A stretch of 64,000 nucleotides of DNA, taken from the IMG/VR virus record IMGVR_UViG_3300042541_003876, positions 1 through 64,000 of that record. One strand, written 5' to 3'. The position numbers and the translations under genes are program-made. The notes below the pieces were generated by a model. The model was given only the letters and a program-made list of their open reading frames with translations. It did not search any database and was not told the DNA's origin. The DNA comes from a virus. Below, in pieces: positions 48,273 through 59,326 of the stretch (the stretch's first letter is position 1; every line of letters begins with the position of its first letter).

Positions 48273-50429
48273 TTAATTTTTAGTTTTAATGTAATTTAAA
48301 GTTTGTTCCCAACTATTGGCGTTTTCAGCAGAAACATAACCTTTGTCTTTAAAAAACTGGATCATCCTTCTGTCTGTAGTAGAACCATCCTGCACCAAAG
48401 TTCGCAATTCTTTTTGATGTTGAGGATTAGCATTGATTTCTTGAATTAATTTAAGGAAAGCTCCACTTTGCACCATATCATCATTACTTGTTTTACCACC
48501 TGATAATGAATTTGCGATAACATAGAATGAAGTTGAAAGTGCTCCATATTTATTTCCGGTATTATTTGCTCCCGGAATTTGCTGAGCATGCTGGATCATT
48601 TTTGAAGCAACATTTTTATTTAATTGCTGATAAATAGTTGCAACATTTTGTTGATCTTTTTTCATTTTAGCAATAGTTCCTTGTGCGCTCTTATTAGCTT
48701 GAACTCTAGCTTGATGAACTTTGTTTCCATCAGCACCAACCCATTTAGATAATTCAGTTAATCTGGCTGTTCCGGTAATTGGCACATAAGTTCTTTCTCC
48801 ATATTCTGATTCCATTGCCATCATTAAACGAGGAACAGGCTTTTCGTTGGTTTTAATACGTTTGTTGTATTCAGTGGTTTTTTTCTCATCTTTTGTTCCT
48901 CGACCTTTACCGCCGCGAACATCCATGATGATAGTTTCCTGACCGTTCTGATCTTTTCCGACAAATGTTCCTACAACTCCTAATGGTTTCCAAGTTCTGT
49001 TTTCTACATCTTCACCATAAGTTGAAGCAATTATGCCTTTTTCACTGATATCAGTTTTAAGATTTTCAATTTTAATTCCTTCAGCGGTATATGCGTCACG
49101 CATTTGTTTAAGGTCCATTTTGAATCCACCTTTTTCATTATCATATTTGAATCCACTCATCACTTTTGCAGCTGACTCAGCTTCGGCGCCATTAAATAAC
49201 ATTTTACTTCCTCTTGGAGCAAAAGCATTCAACATTACATTTTTAATACCTTTTCCAATTTTACTATCAGTATCCCAGAAGTTTCCTCCGGAACCGTTTT
49301 CTTCGTAGTTTTTGGCAAAAATCTCAAATCGATCAAATGAATCTTTACCAAAAACTTGTTTTCCGTATTTCTCCCAAACCTGATCATTGATATTATCTAC
49401 AGTCGGAACTTCACTTTCTACAGCTTCATTCATATTTTCAATTTGATAAGCAATAGTGCCTTGATTATCTTCCAATTCTTTTAATTGTTCTTTAGTCATT
49501 CCGGAAGTATCAACAACATTTGATTTAGCTCCGTATTCTGACTGAACACCAAGTTCATATTTGTTTTGTTCATTTTGATCATAAGCTAATTCTTGATTAA
49601 ACTCTTGACCAGATTTTCTAAGAAGATAATCTAAATTCCATTGTTTATCATTTTGGTCTAAAGTAGCTTTTCTGTATTGTTGATCGTTGGTTTCTTTTTG
49701 ATAAGATAAATCACGTTGCCAGTTTCCACCTTTAATGTTTCCATGAGATAATGCTACAAATGATTTTAATTCTTCTTCGGAAGGTGGATATGTTGCTTGT
49801 GGGTAAGTTAATTTATAATTACCTAAGAATTTTACATAATTTTGTGCATTATTTAAAATGTATTCAACAGGAATTGTTTTGTCATAATCGAAATTATTCA
49901 AGTCCGGCATTTCAATTTGATTTAACATTCCAGAAAAAGTAATTTTACCTTCTCCATTTTTCTGATAATGCTCCAGATTATTCATATCAGTAGCTGTTAA
50001 TAAATGACCAAAACCTTTTGATTGCATATCTAAGATTCTTTCCATGTTTTTTTTGTTCTCAATATAAGTTCCAGATTCTTCCGAATTGACAACAGAATTT
50101 TTATATTCAGACATAATTTTGTGTCCGCCATTCGCCCAGAATTTTCCCATATCATTTCCATTAGCTTTGATATGTTCACGAACCATAGCAGATAATACTC
50201 CAGATTTTTGATTAATTCGATTTCTATCTGGAGCCAATAATGTATCAGCAAATTTGCTTATTTGTTCTTGATAAGCTGCTTGTTTTAAATCATCAGTTTC
50301 TTTCTGAGCTCGGTCAGCTTTCATTTGTTGATCCAGCATTTGAAGCGTACCTAATTCTTCTTTTGCTTGCTGATTACGATTTACTCCTTGATATAGACCA
50401 GAGTAGCCTTTTCCTATTCCCCAATCCAT
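48273..50429 (-). CDS. Virion cargo/ejection protein
   Basis: 718-aa helical protein immediately upstream of vRNAP; assigned by synteny with crAss-like cargo genes. Confidence 0.6.
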   Translation of the reverse strand: MDWGIGKGYSGLYQGVNRNQQAKEELGTLQMLDQQMKADRAQKETDDLKQAAYQEQISKFADTLLAPDRNRINQKSGVLSAMVREHIKANGNDMGKFWANGGHKIMSEYKNSVVNSEESGTYIENKKNMERILDMQSKGFGHLLTATDMNNLEHYQKNGEGKITFSGMLNQIEMPDLNNFDYDKTIPVEYILNNAQNYVKFLGNYKLTYPQATYPPSEEELKSFVALSHGNIKGGNWQRDLSYQKETNDQQYRKATLDQNDKQWNLDYLLRKSGQEFNQELAYDQNEQNKYELGVQSEYGAKSNVVDTSGMTKEQLKELEDNQGTIAYQIENMNEAVESEVPTVDNINDQVWEKYGKQVFGKDSFDRFEIFAKNYEENGSGGNFWDTDSKIGKGIKNVMLNAFAPRGSKMLFNGAEAESAAKVMSGFKYDNEKGGFKMDLKQMRDAYTAEGIKIENLKTDISEKGIIASTYGEDVENRTWKPLGVVGTFVGKDQNGQETIIMDVRGGKGRGTKDEKKTTEYNKRIKTNEKPVPRLMMAMESEYGERTYVPITGTARLTELSKWVGADGNKVHQARVQANKSAQGTIAKMKKDQQNVATIYQQLNKNVASKMIQHAQQIPGANNTGNKYGALSTSFYVIANSLSGGKTSNDDMVQSGAFLKLIQEINANPQHQKELRTLVQDGSTTDRRMIQFFKDKGYVSAENANSWEQTLNYIKTKN

Positions 50430-50431
50430 AG

Positions 50432-53236
50432 TTATTGATTTAATAATTCTCTAAATTTTTTATTTTGTTCTTCTATTGTTAACCGATCATTCATTACTGT
50501 ATTAACTGTTTCTGATTGATTTTGTAAAAAAGAATTAATCTCAGTTTTCATATTTTGATTTTGCTGTGCTTGTTTTTCAATATTACTAAATAAATCACTT
50601 CCAATGTTATTTTCAGTTTTAGGCATTAAATCATAATTAGGTAAAGATAATTCAGGAAATTTTATTTCAGTATTTGGAATTGGAGAAGATGGATTAAATT
50701 TTACTTCAGCAATTTTAGCTTTTGGTAATGGCGCCATTTCTTCTGTAGACACAGGAAACATTTTATCAGGTGACTTTTGCTCTTGATTTAATATTTCCGG
50801 AGCTTTAACATTATTTTCTGATTGCTGAAATAATGAAGCCCAATTTCCAGATTTTTTTGCTTCATTATATTTACCTAAATCAGCCTGATTACCAACATCA
50901 TTTTTAGCTAAAAAATCTAATAAACCTTTTGATTCATTACCATAACCTTTTTGCATAGCAATACGATTAAATTCGATTTGTTTTTCTGGAGAAAGATTTC
51001 CATATTTTTCACCCATTTCTTTATTTTGGGTATAACGAACTAAATTTTCTTTATCAATTTTATCTTTGTATGATTTAGTTCCGGGAACAGTTCCTGAACC
51101 ATCATCTTTTTTATTAGGATCAAAATCAAACATTTGTTGCATCATGTAAGATTTATAAGCATGATTTGCAGAACCTGGTTTGTTTTGTTCGTAATAATTG
51201 ATATTATCCATTAAAGATTTCCATCCCGCCGACATTAATTCACCACCAGCTTGTTTATTTAACATTGCATTTTGATATTGTCTATCACTATTAGCAATAT
51301 CTTTATTTGCATCAAATTCTGAGACATATTTCATTGCTTCACCATACTTGTAAAAACTTTCGTTTTTGGCATTAGCATCTGCTAAAGCAATTTCAAGTAA
51401 TCCTCTTTGTTTTTGATAATCCAATCTTCCAAGATTCCCTAAGACTAAATTTCTATTACCGCCAGAAGCGTGAACAATTTGTTCTACGCCAGAAGAGTAA
51501 GATTCAGAAAGCATTCTTTTTGCATAAGCTTCATCTTCGGGACGAAGTCCTATTTCTGACAATCTTTGTAATTCTCCAGCATAAGACATATAAGCAGCAG
51601 AAACCTGTTCATTTCTTTGTGGAAGTTCATTGTCTGCCATATCCATTCCTGTCATAATACCAAACATAGAACTTGCTATTTCAGCATAAGGAACGCTTTG
51701 TTTATAAGCGCTTGGATCATAATTATATTGCGTAGGCATTTCAGAATTAGCAAAAGTTTCCATCATTTTACCGATACCCGCATTGCTTTCTTGCTGTTGT
51801 GATAATCTATCAAACTCTTCTTTTTCAGCAGCAGTCCATTTTGATTTATCTTTTTGGCCGAGCTCAGCAAGTCTTTTGTTTTCGGCGGAACCATCAGACA
51901 AAGCATTATATGATAAATTTGGATTGTAATTATTTTCTGTGTAATTAGAAGCTGAACTGTCAATGTATGGATCAGCTGTAGCAGCAGCATCATTTGCAAC
52001 TTCTGTTACTGTAGAATCATCAATTTCCCAATTTTGTCCAGGAACAATATAATTTAGTTTTTTATAATTTGAATTTTTTGGATCGTATTTAAATTCCTTA
52101 GGATTATAACTATTTGAAATTTTTAATCCCATTATTCCATTTCCTTGATTTCCTTGAGAAAAATCTGGAATATAAACTTGTGATGGAGAAAAAGTTTGTT
52201 TAGTTTTATCACTTCCTTCGGAATTTTCAAAAGCCAAATCTTTTCCTCTTGAATTATCTTTACTATTAATTAATTGTACATTTTGTCCATGATCTTTTAA
52301 TTTTGATTGAAGTTTTGTTAATAAATTAATAGTTGAAACAGAAGTTTTGTCATCTATTTTTTTACCTAAAACAACCTCTAAATCTTTTTTTTGATCGGCA
52401 TTTAAACTTAAAGTTGGAACATTTGATTCTTTTGAGATATAATTTTTACCGTTTTTATCGATATAATTTAAACTATAAGAACGTCCTCCAGTTTTATCAA
52501 TTTTAGTTCCTAATAAATTACTTAAATTATTCGCCACCCTAAAAGTAGCTTCTGCATCAGTTTTATTATCACGCCACTTGTTTTTGTTAATCTGCATAAT
52601 GAGATTATTGAAAGGACCTGTAGCTTCGCCATTTGCATCTGAACCAATAAAACCCTTATCAGTGTATTTTTTAACCAATTTGTTTTCTTGCTTATCTCTG
52701 TCAGAACCAGTATAATTTTTTCTTACGGTAGCAAGCTCATTATTGTAATTTCTCCATTCGTTTAAAAGTTCTTCATTCATTGGTTTAGAATTAGAGGATT
52801 GATTGTTAGGAATTTTTTTAGAGTATTGTCCTGCATGATTTAAACGACGAACACTTGATGGTGATGTGTGAGAATCAAATCCCGCATATCTTTCATATTT
52901 GCCAAAAGCAAGAGTAGAATCTTTTACAGTTTTAGCATTTTTCAAAGAATTATAAGCGTCTTTTTCATGATTTTTTAATTCATAATCAATAAACTCTAAT
53001 TGCATTGCTACTGGAGCACCTTCTAAACTTCTACCAAATTTTTTTGAAAATTTAGCTTGTCTATCAGGATGCCATTGTGCTAAACCGACAGCTTTTCCAG
53101 AATCACCTTTTACTTTTCCAGAAACTACATTAGGATTAAAGCCTCCAGTTTCTTCTCTAAGATTAGCTATAATACCAATTACTTGGTGATGAGTATAACC
53201 TTTATTTTTGAAGAAATTATATATTTCTTTTTCCAT
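50432..53236 (-). CDS. Cargo/ejection protein with N-terminal phage tail lysozyme (Phage_lysozyme2-like) domain
   Basis: IYNFFKNKGYT...GIIANLREETGGFNP...GDSGKAVGLAQWHPDR...QLEFIDYEL...YER. Confidence 0.8.
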   Translation of the reverse strand: MEKEIYNFFKNKGYTHHQVIGIIANLREETGGFNPNVVSGKVKGDSGKAVGLAQWHPDRQAKFSKKFGRSLEGAPVAMQLEFIDYELKNHEKDAYNSLKNAKTVKDSTLAFGKYERYAGFDSHTSPSSVRRLNHAGQYSKKIPNNQSSNSKPMNEELLNEWRNYNNELATVRKNYTGSDRDKQENKLVKKYTDKGFIGSDANGEATGPFNNLIMQINKNKWRDNKTDAEATFRVANNLSNLLGTKIDKTGGRSYSLNYIDKNGKNYISKESNVPTLSLNADQKKDLEVVLGKKIDDKTSVSTINLLTKLQSKLKDHGQNVQLINSKDNSRGKDLAFENSEGSDKTKQTFSPSQVYIPDFSQGNQGNGIMGLKISNSYNPKEFKYDPKNSNYKKLNYIVPGQNWEIDDSTVTEVANDAAATADPYIDSSASNYTENNYNPNLSYNALSDGSAENKRLAELGQKDKSKWTAAEKEEFDRLSQQQESNAGIGKMMETFANSEMPTQYNYDPSAYKQSVPYAEIASSMFGIMTGMDMADNELPQRNEQVSAAYMSYAGELQRLSEIGLRPEDEAYAKRMLSESYSSGVEQIVHASGGNRNLVLGNLGRLDYQKQRGLLEIALADANAKNESFYKYGEAMKYVSEFDANKDIANSDRQYQNAMLNKQAGGELMSAGWKSLMDNINYYEQNKPGSANHAYKSYMMQQMFDFDPNKKDDGSGTVPGTKSYKDKIDKENLVRYTQNKEMGEKYGNLSPEKQIEFNRIAMQKGYGNESKGLLDFLAKNDVGNQADLGKYNEAKKSGNWASLFQQSENNVKAPEILNQEQKSPDKMFPVSTEEMAPLPKAKIAEVKFNPSSPIPNTEIKFPELSLPNYDLMPKTENNIGSDLFSNIEKQAQQNQNMKTEINSFLQNQSETVNTVMNDRLTIEEQNKKFRELLNQ

Positions 53237-53871
53237 TAGTAATCTAAATTAATGTAGTTTAACTGATTTTTACGAAGAGCAGTCAAAGCCTTAATTCTTT
53301 TTTCATCTTCCTGTATAGAACCGTCAAGTTCGCGTTTGGTAAACATTGCTTCATTTTTCAAATCAGTTTGTTTTCTTGTTTCAGTATTTCGTTTGGTGAT
53401 ATCACCAAACGCATCAACTACTCCGGCAATTGTTCCTACTCCCGCACCAATTGCAGCGCCTACAGGACCACCAACCTGCATTCCTAAAGCACCGCCTTTT
53501 AATCCCCAAGTTCCTGCCTGAGCCCATCCTTCTTTTTCACTACCGGAAGTTGTAGAAAATCCTTTACCGATTTCTAAAGCGAGTCCAGCGCCTTTAATTG
53601 CAGTTTCACTTGTCAAACCATCACCCTTAAAACCTTCTTTTCCTGAGTCTAAATTTTCCAGCATTTTAGAATCTTCGTCATTTCTTCCGCGTTGAACAGT
53701 TTTTGGCGCAGAATTACCAATCTCGTAATTATCAATAGAATATCCGTCACCAATTAAACCACCGGATTCGTTCATTTTTTGAGTAAGATTATCTCTGTTT
53801 TTATAAAGTTCATTGAAGTTTTTATAGCTGGTTTTAGCGGATTCTAAATCCTGTGTAAATTCGTACGTCAT
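53236..53871 (-). CDS. Cargo protein with a glycine-zipper hydrophobic segment
   Basis: GGALGMQVGGPVGAAIGAGVGTIAG. Confidence 0.65.
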   Translation of the reverse strand: MTYEFTQDLESAKTSYKNFNELYKNRDNLTQKMNESGGLIGDGYSIDNYEIGNSAPKTVQRGRNDEDSKMLENLDSGKEGFKGDGLTSETAIKGAGLALEIGKGFSTTSGSEKEGWAQAGTWGLKGGALGMQVGGPVGAAIGAGVGTIAGVVDAFGDITKRNTETRKQTDLKNEAMFTKRELDGSIQEDEKRIKALTALRKNQLNYINLDY

Positions 53872-53882
53872 GATTTTTGATT

Positions 53883-56800
53883 TTAAAGATTTGAATGTCT
53901 GACAAAATTAAGGAAAGAAAAGATGTTTATATTTTTGTTGTTCTTAGACTCTACTTCAATTTCCAATGAAGCCCATTCTCCACGCAAATCCGCGTAATCC
54001 ATTCTGTTTTTTAAAGGAACATTATGAACGCCTTCATGAATCTGGTACCGGTGATGCTCTCCAAGAATTACTCTTTGTTGTCCTAAACTCGTTTTAGCAA
54101 TGATTTTTTTAATCGGATAATCAATATTTATTGTAGCAGCCCACGCTTTGAAAACTTTTACTGTTTGAGGATTATCATTCATGGTAATTTCAATTTTCAA
54201 AGTTTTTTGTTCACCAAAAATATTCATGTTAATTCCTTTATTGAATTCGTGGATTCTCATTTTATCAGTAATAATTTTTGGAGCAAATACTGAATTTTTC
54301 CACATAATAAAAATATTGGAATCAATCTGCATCCATCCATTAAATACATCAAATAATTCATTAAAAGAAAGCATAAAACTGTTTCCTGATTTAGTAGTCA
54401 TTCGGATATTTGTTTCTTTGTATTCATCATCATAATAACCTTCTGTGTCTACAATAGGATCATTTTCAAAAATCTCTCTAAATTTTAATTGCAATGATTT
54501 CTGTGTAAGCTTGGGAATAGTATTTTTAACCCACTCAAATCGCTTTTCATCGATGAATGTAAATCCACCTAATTTCTGATCATTAGATATTGCTTCGACA
54601 ATTGCTCTACGGATTGAAGTACCAAAATCAGAAACCGGCGTATGTCCTGATATCTGGTTTCCGGTTCCCTGCTTCATGGAAATTTCTCCGTTAGTTGTAG
54701 GAATTGCAACGTTTTCATTAATTATTAACTCCGATGTTTGATTTTCTTGAATAACGAAAATTTTATCAAGAAATTTAGAAAGATTATAAGCTACACCTTT
54801 ATTTTTTTCAACTTCATAAAAATTGTTTGTTCGAAATGATGACCAACTATCAATATAATCTCCATTTAATTTTGGGTCTGATACAGCTAAAATATTTGAA
54901 AGATTTGGATCATCTTTAAAATTGTAAGGTTTTGGAATGTAAGTTTTCAGATTATTTTTTTGTAAATAAGCTTCGTTAATAACACCGCGTTCCCGTGACG
55001 AAAAATTTATTTTATCTTTTCCGTCTTTATAAAATAAATCATCATGAGTCCATCTTGGTTCTATAGAAGTTTCAATTACTACAGCGTACAAAGCACCTCC
55101 TTTTCTTGTATATTCTTCTTCTTCATACTTTGGTCTACATGACGAATGATTTTCCATTTTTACTTGATAAACATCATTGTCGTTGAAGTAAGACTTCATT
55201 CTTAAAAATAAAGTACAATAAGTATCTCCAAAAACTTTTATTTTTTGAATATTATTGGAATAAATCAAAACAGGAATAGTTTCAGATAATGGTGCGTATA
55301 CATTTTTACTATATGATAATTCTGAACGTCCTCCATAAATAGAATCTTTATTGTTAATAATAATATTTACTAAAGCATGAGTATCATAGACAGGCATTAT
55401 TCCATAATAATCTAACTTAGGATCAATGTAACTATGAGCATCTAATTTAACTGGACTTTGATTAATAAAGCTATTAGTAAATAAATTTTCTTTTGTTTTA
55501 ATAAAAACAGTATCATTTCCTACAGCGTGATTTGCAGACATAAACAATTCATAATGCAAAGCTGTTCCTGCATTACTTGTATTATTGCATTTTTCATCTG
55601 CTCTAGTAGTATCTAAATAATACCACGCTGGTCTTCCAAGTGTCATTGCATTATTTGACATCTGCTGTTGCATTCCTAATGATGATGAGCTTTTAATTTC
55701 TCCAGCTGCAAACCTTTCTGATTTATCAATATTTAAAGAAGTAAAAATTTCATTAGATTGACTTTCTAAAAACATTGAAAAATGAGTCATTAAAGGTCTT
55801 TCATTTTCACTTCCTTCGATATTATCCATTTGAATTCTTCGGCTGAATGCAGGATAATTTTCTGGAATATATACAGAATATAAAGAATCCCGACGTTTAT
55901 CATGATTTAATCTTGCAACAGGTTTTACTTTTCCATTTTGAATTTTATCAGAACTTATTAAATTGAAAATAATATCTGGAGCATCAAAATAAAATAAATT
56001 TCTTGCAGTTACAACTCTTTTATATGGTTCTGATCTATCAGATTCATTAATATTATTATCTCCAGTCAAAAGTCCATGATAATCATAAGTTGGTCCACCA
56101 AAATAAGGAATATTCCATTTGTTATTTACAGGATCTGGAAGATTTACATATTCTGTATGATAAAAATTATTTGTTCTTTCTAATGGCGCCGAAATTCCTT
56201 GACAAAGAATACTTCTATTATCTTCTGTGCGTTCAACATAAACAATTTGATACATTGAGATTCTATCTTGAAGTTCACAAGATAATCGAACATCAATTTC
56301 CAAATAAATACCAATTGACTTTAATAATTCGCCTTCAGTAATACTATTTTTATAAGTTTCTGAAGTAATTACAGGGTTTCCGTTTTCATCAATATAACTG
56401 ATCTGTTCATTTAAATCCGGAATCTTAATGTCACCTAATGGAACTACAAATGGAGTACTGCCATCTTTTAACCAGACTTGTAATCCAAGTCGGTATATTT
56501 CACCTTTCATGAAATATCTTTTTTGATTTGGCTTTACTAAGTCTACCAAAGGTTTTGTAGTTAGAAATCCTCCCGTAGATTTTCTTGCTAAATCTGCTTG
56601 TTCAGTTTTAAAAGTAACGCGAATCCCATTACCTTGGTTAAACCCTAAACTTTGATAACCTCTTATTTTTGTTCCTGGAGAATTTAAGTTTTGAAATTTA
56701 ATTTCATCCTGATAATCTTCGATGATCTGAATAGTACTATACTTAAATTCTAAATTTGAAAAATCAAAATCAACCAATAGGTTTATTTTTGAAAACAGAA

Positions 56801-58466
56801 TTTTGTTTTGAATAAATTCAACTTTTACATTTAGAAATTTTGAAAGAAATTCCGGAGTGTTTTTTATACTATTTAGCCAGCTCCAAACTTCATCGATATA
56901 TTCTTCATAATTCATCTGAACTTTCTCTTCGATAAAAGTTTCCATAGATTCTCCCGAAGATTTATTAACAAGCGCAATGGTAAAGCTTTGGAAAACCTGA
57001 ATTGAATTGTATAGTTTTTTATCAGAATAAAACATTTTGTTTTGATTCAGCGGATCAATCCAAGCATATTCTGTCGGATCAGGATTCATATAAGATTCGT
57101 GACTTTCTCCGGTTTTTCTCCAGCCGTGTAATGCAAAGAAATGAGTAACATTATTAAAGTATGCCGGAATAGGCTCATTTCTCAATCCTGAAGCAATTAA
57201 TAAATTTTTCTTACTGGATATATCAGAACAGTATTTCCATGAGTTTTTTCGTACTAAAATATCACTCAAAGTTAAATCAGTGCTAAATTCACTTTCGTTT
57301 CCATAATGATTAAAATAAACAACTGGTGCAGCTGCTTTAATTCCCAATGTACGAATAGAAGTCGGTGAACCGTTTGCTTCATATTCAATAGCAATACATT
57401 CAATTTCTTTAAAATTTTTGTAGTTTAAAATATTACATTTTATTACAACATTTTTTGAAGTAGTTTCAGAGACATCACCGCCGGCAAAGCCTAAATCAGT
57501 ATCATTTTTTAAAATCTTAACATCATCTGAAATAGGAGAAAACTCACTTGTTTGTCCGTTTGCTGTAATCAATCGATAAACATACAATGATGTTCCGGCT
57601 TTAATTTGTCCGTTATTTTCTACACTGTCAATAAGTGGTCGTAACATCGGAACATTTTGAAACGTAGAAAATTCTAAAGCTTTTCTGTTTGCAAGATTAG
57701 AATCTTTGATATTGATTACTTTGAAGTAATTCACATAATCGGTAAAATAAACGCGTTTGTAAAAAGTATTTTCATTGACTCCAAGTGTTACTACTTTGGC
57801 ATTTAAAGGAAGATTTAAATTCCCAGACCATAATAATTTGTCTCTTATTTCTCCAGTATCTTTGTCAATAGTCAGTGACATAATAAAATCTACATAATCA
57901 ACATTGTTTTCTGGAATCTGATTTGTAATTATTTCACATAATTGATAGTTAGCATCATCGGTGAGAATTTCTTCAAAATAAAAACTCAAATCAATTTCTT
58001 CATTACTATTTTCTGTTTCGGAAAATGGAACATCAATGATTAAAGATTCATTCCCTTCCGTCGGAACAATTTCTTGTATAGTAATGGATTTTACAAAAAG
58101 ATCAAAATTGATTGTTTTTGAAAAATCGGAATAAGGAATATTAATATTTATGTAAGAAGCTCGTAATTGTTCTTTAGTGATAGTTTCGAAATCATCATCA
58201 ATTGGATCATCCGAAGTTCTATTAACTTTTCCAATTAAAATCAGTTCATCATCAAAAGCACAATATCCATTATAAACTACTACAGAAGGATTACTGTAAA
58301 CTTCTTTTGTTCCTTTTATAGAACTAAAAGCAATCGTTCCATTGTGAGAATGTAATCTACCGTTTACTCCGTTTTGATATGATTTTGATGACTCTGCATG
58401 TTGGTCGAAATCTGTCTTTAAACCGTCAATAAATACATTTAGAGACTCGTAATTGATGCTATTCAT
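53883..58466 (-). CDS. Tail muzzle / stabilization (nozzle) protein
   Basis: 1527 aa; GLKTDFD...Y..GVNGR N-terminus, YFMKGEIYRLGL, GDTY, DSWSSFR, RGEW C-terminus as in crAss-like muzzle proteins; upstream of the cargo genes. Confidence 0.78.
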   Translation of the reverse strand: MNSINYESLNVFIDGLKTDFDQHAESSKSYQNGVNGRLHSHNGTIAFSSIKGTKEVYSNPSVVVYNGYCAFDDELILIGKVNRTSDDPIDDDFETITKEQLRASYININIPYSDFSKTINFDLFVKSITIQEIVPTEGNESLIIDVPFSETENSNEEIDLSFYFEEILTDDANYQLCEIITNQIPENNVDYVDFIMSLTIDKDTGEIRDKLLWSGNLNLPLNAKVVTLGVNENTFYKRVYFTDYVNYFKVINIKDSNLANRKALEFSTFQNVPMLRPLIDSVENNGQIKAGTSLYVYRLITANGQTSEFSPISDDVKILKNDTDLGFAGGDVSETTSKNVVIKCNILNYKNFKEIECIAIEYEANGSPTSIRTLGIKAAAPVVYFNHYGNESEFSTDLTLSDILVRKNSWKYCSDISSKKNLLIASGLRNEPIPAYFNNVTHFFALHGWRKTGESHESYMNPDPTEYAWIDPLNQNKMFYSDKKLYNSIQVFQSFTIALVNKSSGESMETFIEEKVQMNYEEYIDEVWSWLNSIKNTPEFLSKFLNVKVEFIQNKILFSKINLLVDFDFSNLEFKYSTIQIIEDYQDEIKFQNLNSPGTKIRGYQSLGFNQGNGIRVTFKTEQADLARKSTGGFLTTKPLVDLVKPNQKRYFMKGEIYRLGLQVWLKDGSTPFVVPLGDIKIPDLNEQISYIDENGNPVITSETYKNSITEGELLKSIGIYLEIDVRLSCELQDRISMYQIVYVERTEDNRSILCQGISAPLERTNNFYHTEYVNLPDPVNNKWNIPYFGGPTYDYHGLLTGDNNINESDRSEPYKRVVTARNLFYFDAPDIIFNLISSDKIQNGKVKPVARLNHDKRRDSLYSVYIPENYPAFSRRIQMDNIEGSENERPLMTHFSMFLESQSNEIFTSLNIDKSERFAAGEIKSSSSLGMQQQMSNNAMTLGRPAWYYLDTTRADEKCNNTSNAGTALHYELFMSANHAVGNDTVFIKTKENLFTNSFINQSPVKLDAHSYIDPKLDYYGIMPVYDTHALVNIIINNKDSIYGGRSELSYSKNVYAPLSETIPVLIYSNNIQKIKVFGDTYCTLFLRMKSYFNDNDVYQVKMENHSSCRPKYEEEEYTRKGGALYAVVIETSIEPRWTHDDLFYKDGKDKINFSSRERGVINEAYLQKNNLKTYIPKPYNFKDDPNLSNILAVSDPKLNGDYIDSWSSFRTNNFYEVEKNKGVAYNLSKFLDKIFVIQENQTSELIINENVAIPTTNGEISMKQGTGNQISGHTPVSDFGTSIRRAIVEAISNDQKLGGFTFIDEKRFEWVKNTIPKLTQKSLQLKFREIFENDPIVDTEGYYDDEYKETNIRMTTKSGNSFMLSFNELFDVFNGWMQIDSNIFIMWKNSVFAPKIITDKMRIHEFNKGINMNIFGEQKTLKIEITMNDNPQTVKVFKAWAATINIDYPIKKIIAKTSLGQQRVILGEHHRYQIHEGVHNVPLKNRMDYADLRGEWASLEIEVESKNNKNINIFSFLNFVRHSNL

Positions 58467-58539
58467 TGTAAGAATTATTTACATCAAAAATACATATAAA
58501 AAAAAACTCCGAAGATTTCAGAGGTTTTACAATTTGGCA

Positions 58540-58585
58540 TTGACAACTCCCCCGTCTAAAGACCCAAGTGTAGGGGACTTTCTTG
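58540..58585 (-). mobile_element. Possible IS200/IS605-family right-end remnant
   Basis: Minus strand gaaagtcccctacacttgggtctttagacgggggagttgtcaa resembles the CCCC..TTTAG..GGGG..GTCAA ends of tnpB elements; GC-rich island in an AT-rich spacer. Confidence 0.35.
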
Positions 58586-58688
58586 AAAAAATGGCGTAAA
58601 AGCTTTTCCTAGACTTTAATTAATAAAAAAAATGGTAACGATTCTCATTACCAATTAAATAAACATCTCATTTTTTTTTAATTAATAA

Positions 58689-59228
58689 TTATTTTAGAGC
58701 ATCATATTTTAATAAAATTAAAGCTATTTCTTTGTTAAGTTTTTCCGTGTATAATGTGTATTTATCCATGTCTAAAACAGAAGAAATAAAACAAATTTCC
58801 CACAAAACAGAAATTCCTGCTTTTAAATTTAAAATACCAATTCTTGGATGTTGAGAACTTGCTTCTGATTTTACACCTCTGTTTTTTATTCCTAAAATTG
58901 TAGAAGTTACTTTACATATTTCCGCAGACATTTTGTAAGACAATGAGTCTTTATTTGAAAAATCTGCTTTATTTACATAACATTCCGTTCCTGTAGCTGT
59001 AGGTGTTCCGGAATTAAAATGAATATCAAAAACTACTGAACCATTTCCTGGTTTAATTCTACTTTGATACTGACTATTATTTTCAAAATCTTTATCTTTT
59101 ATAACTTGATTTTGAAATAAATGAAATCCAATAAGCTCTCTTGATTGTTTTGTTAAATTTCTTTCAATGTATTTTCCAGAAACTGCTCCTGGATCTTTAT
59201 CGTGATGACCTGCTGATAAGTATATCAT
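58689..59228 (-). CDS. Endolysin, N-acetylmuramoyl-L-alanine amidase (Amidase_3)
   Basis: YLSAGH..DPGAV...E, DIHFNS, GTECYV, NRGVK, LWEICFIS. Confidence 0.92.
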   Translation of the reverse strand: MIYLSAGHHDKDPGAVSGKYIERNLTKQSRELIGFHLFQNQVIKDKDFENNSQYQSRIKPGNGSVVFDIHFNSGTPTATGTECYVNKADFSNKDSLSYKMSAEICKVTSTILGIKNRGVKSEASSQHPRIGILNLKAGISVLWEICFISSVLDMDKYTLYTEKLNKEIALILLKYDALK

Positions 59229-59326
59229 TTTAATTTAGTTATTTAAGGTTTATTAAATAAGCAATCTTGAAAAAAATTTAAACTCATGTCTGGATTATTA
59301 TTTAACGATTGCAAGATTGCTTATGA

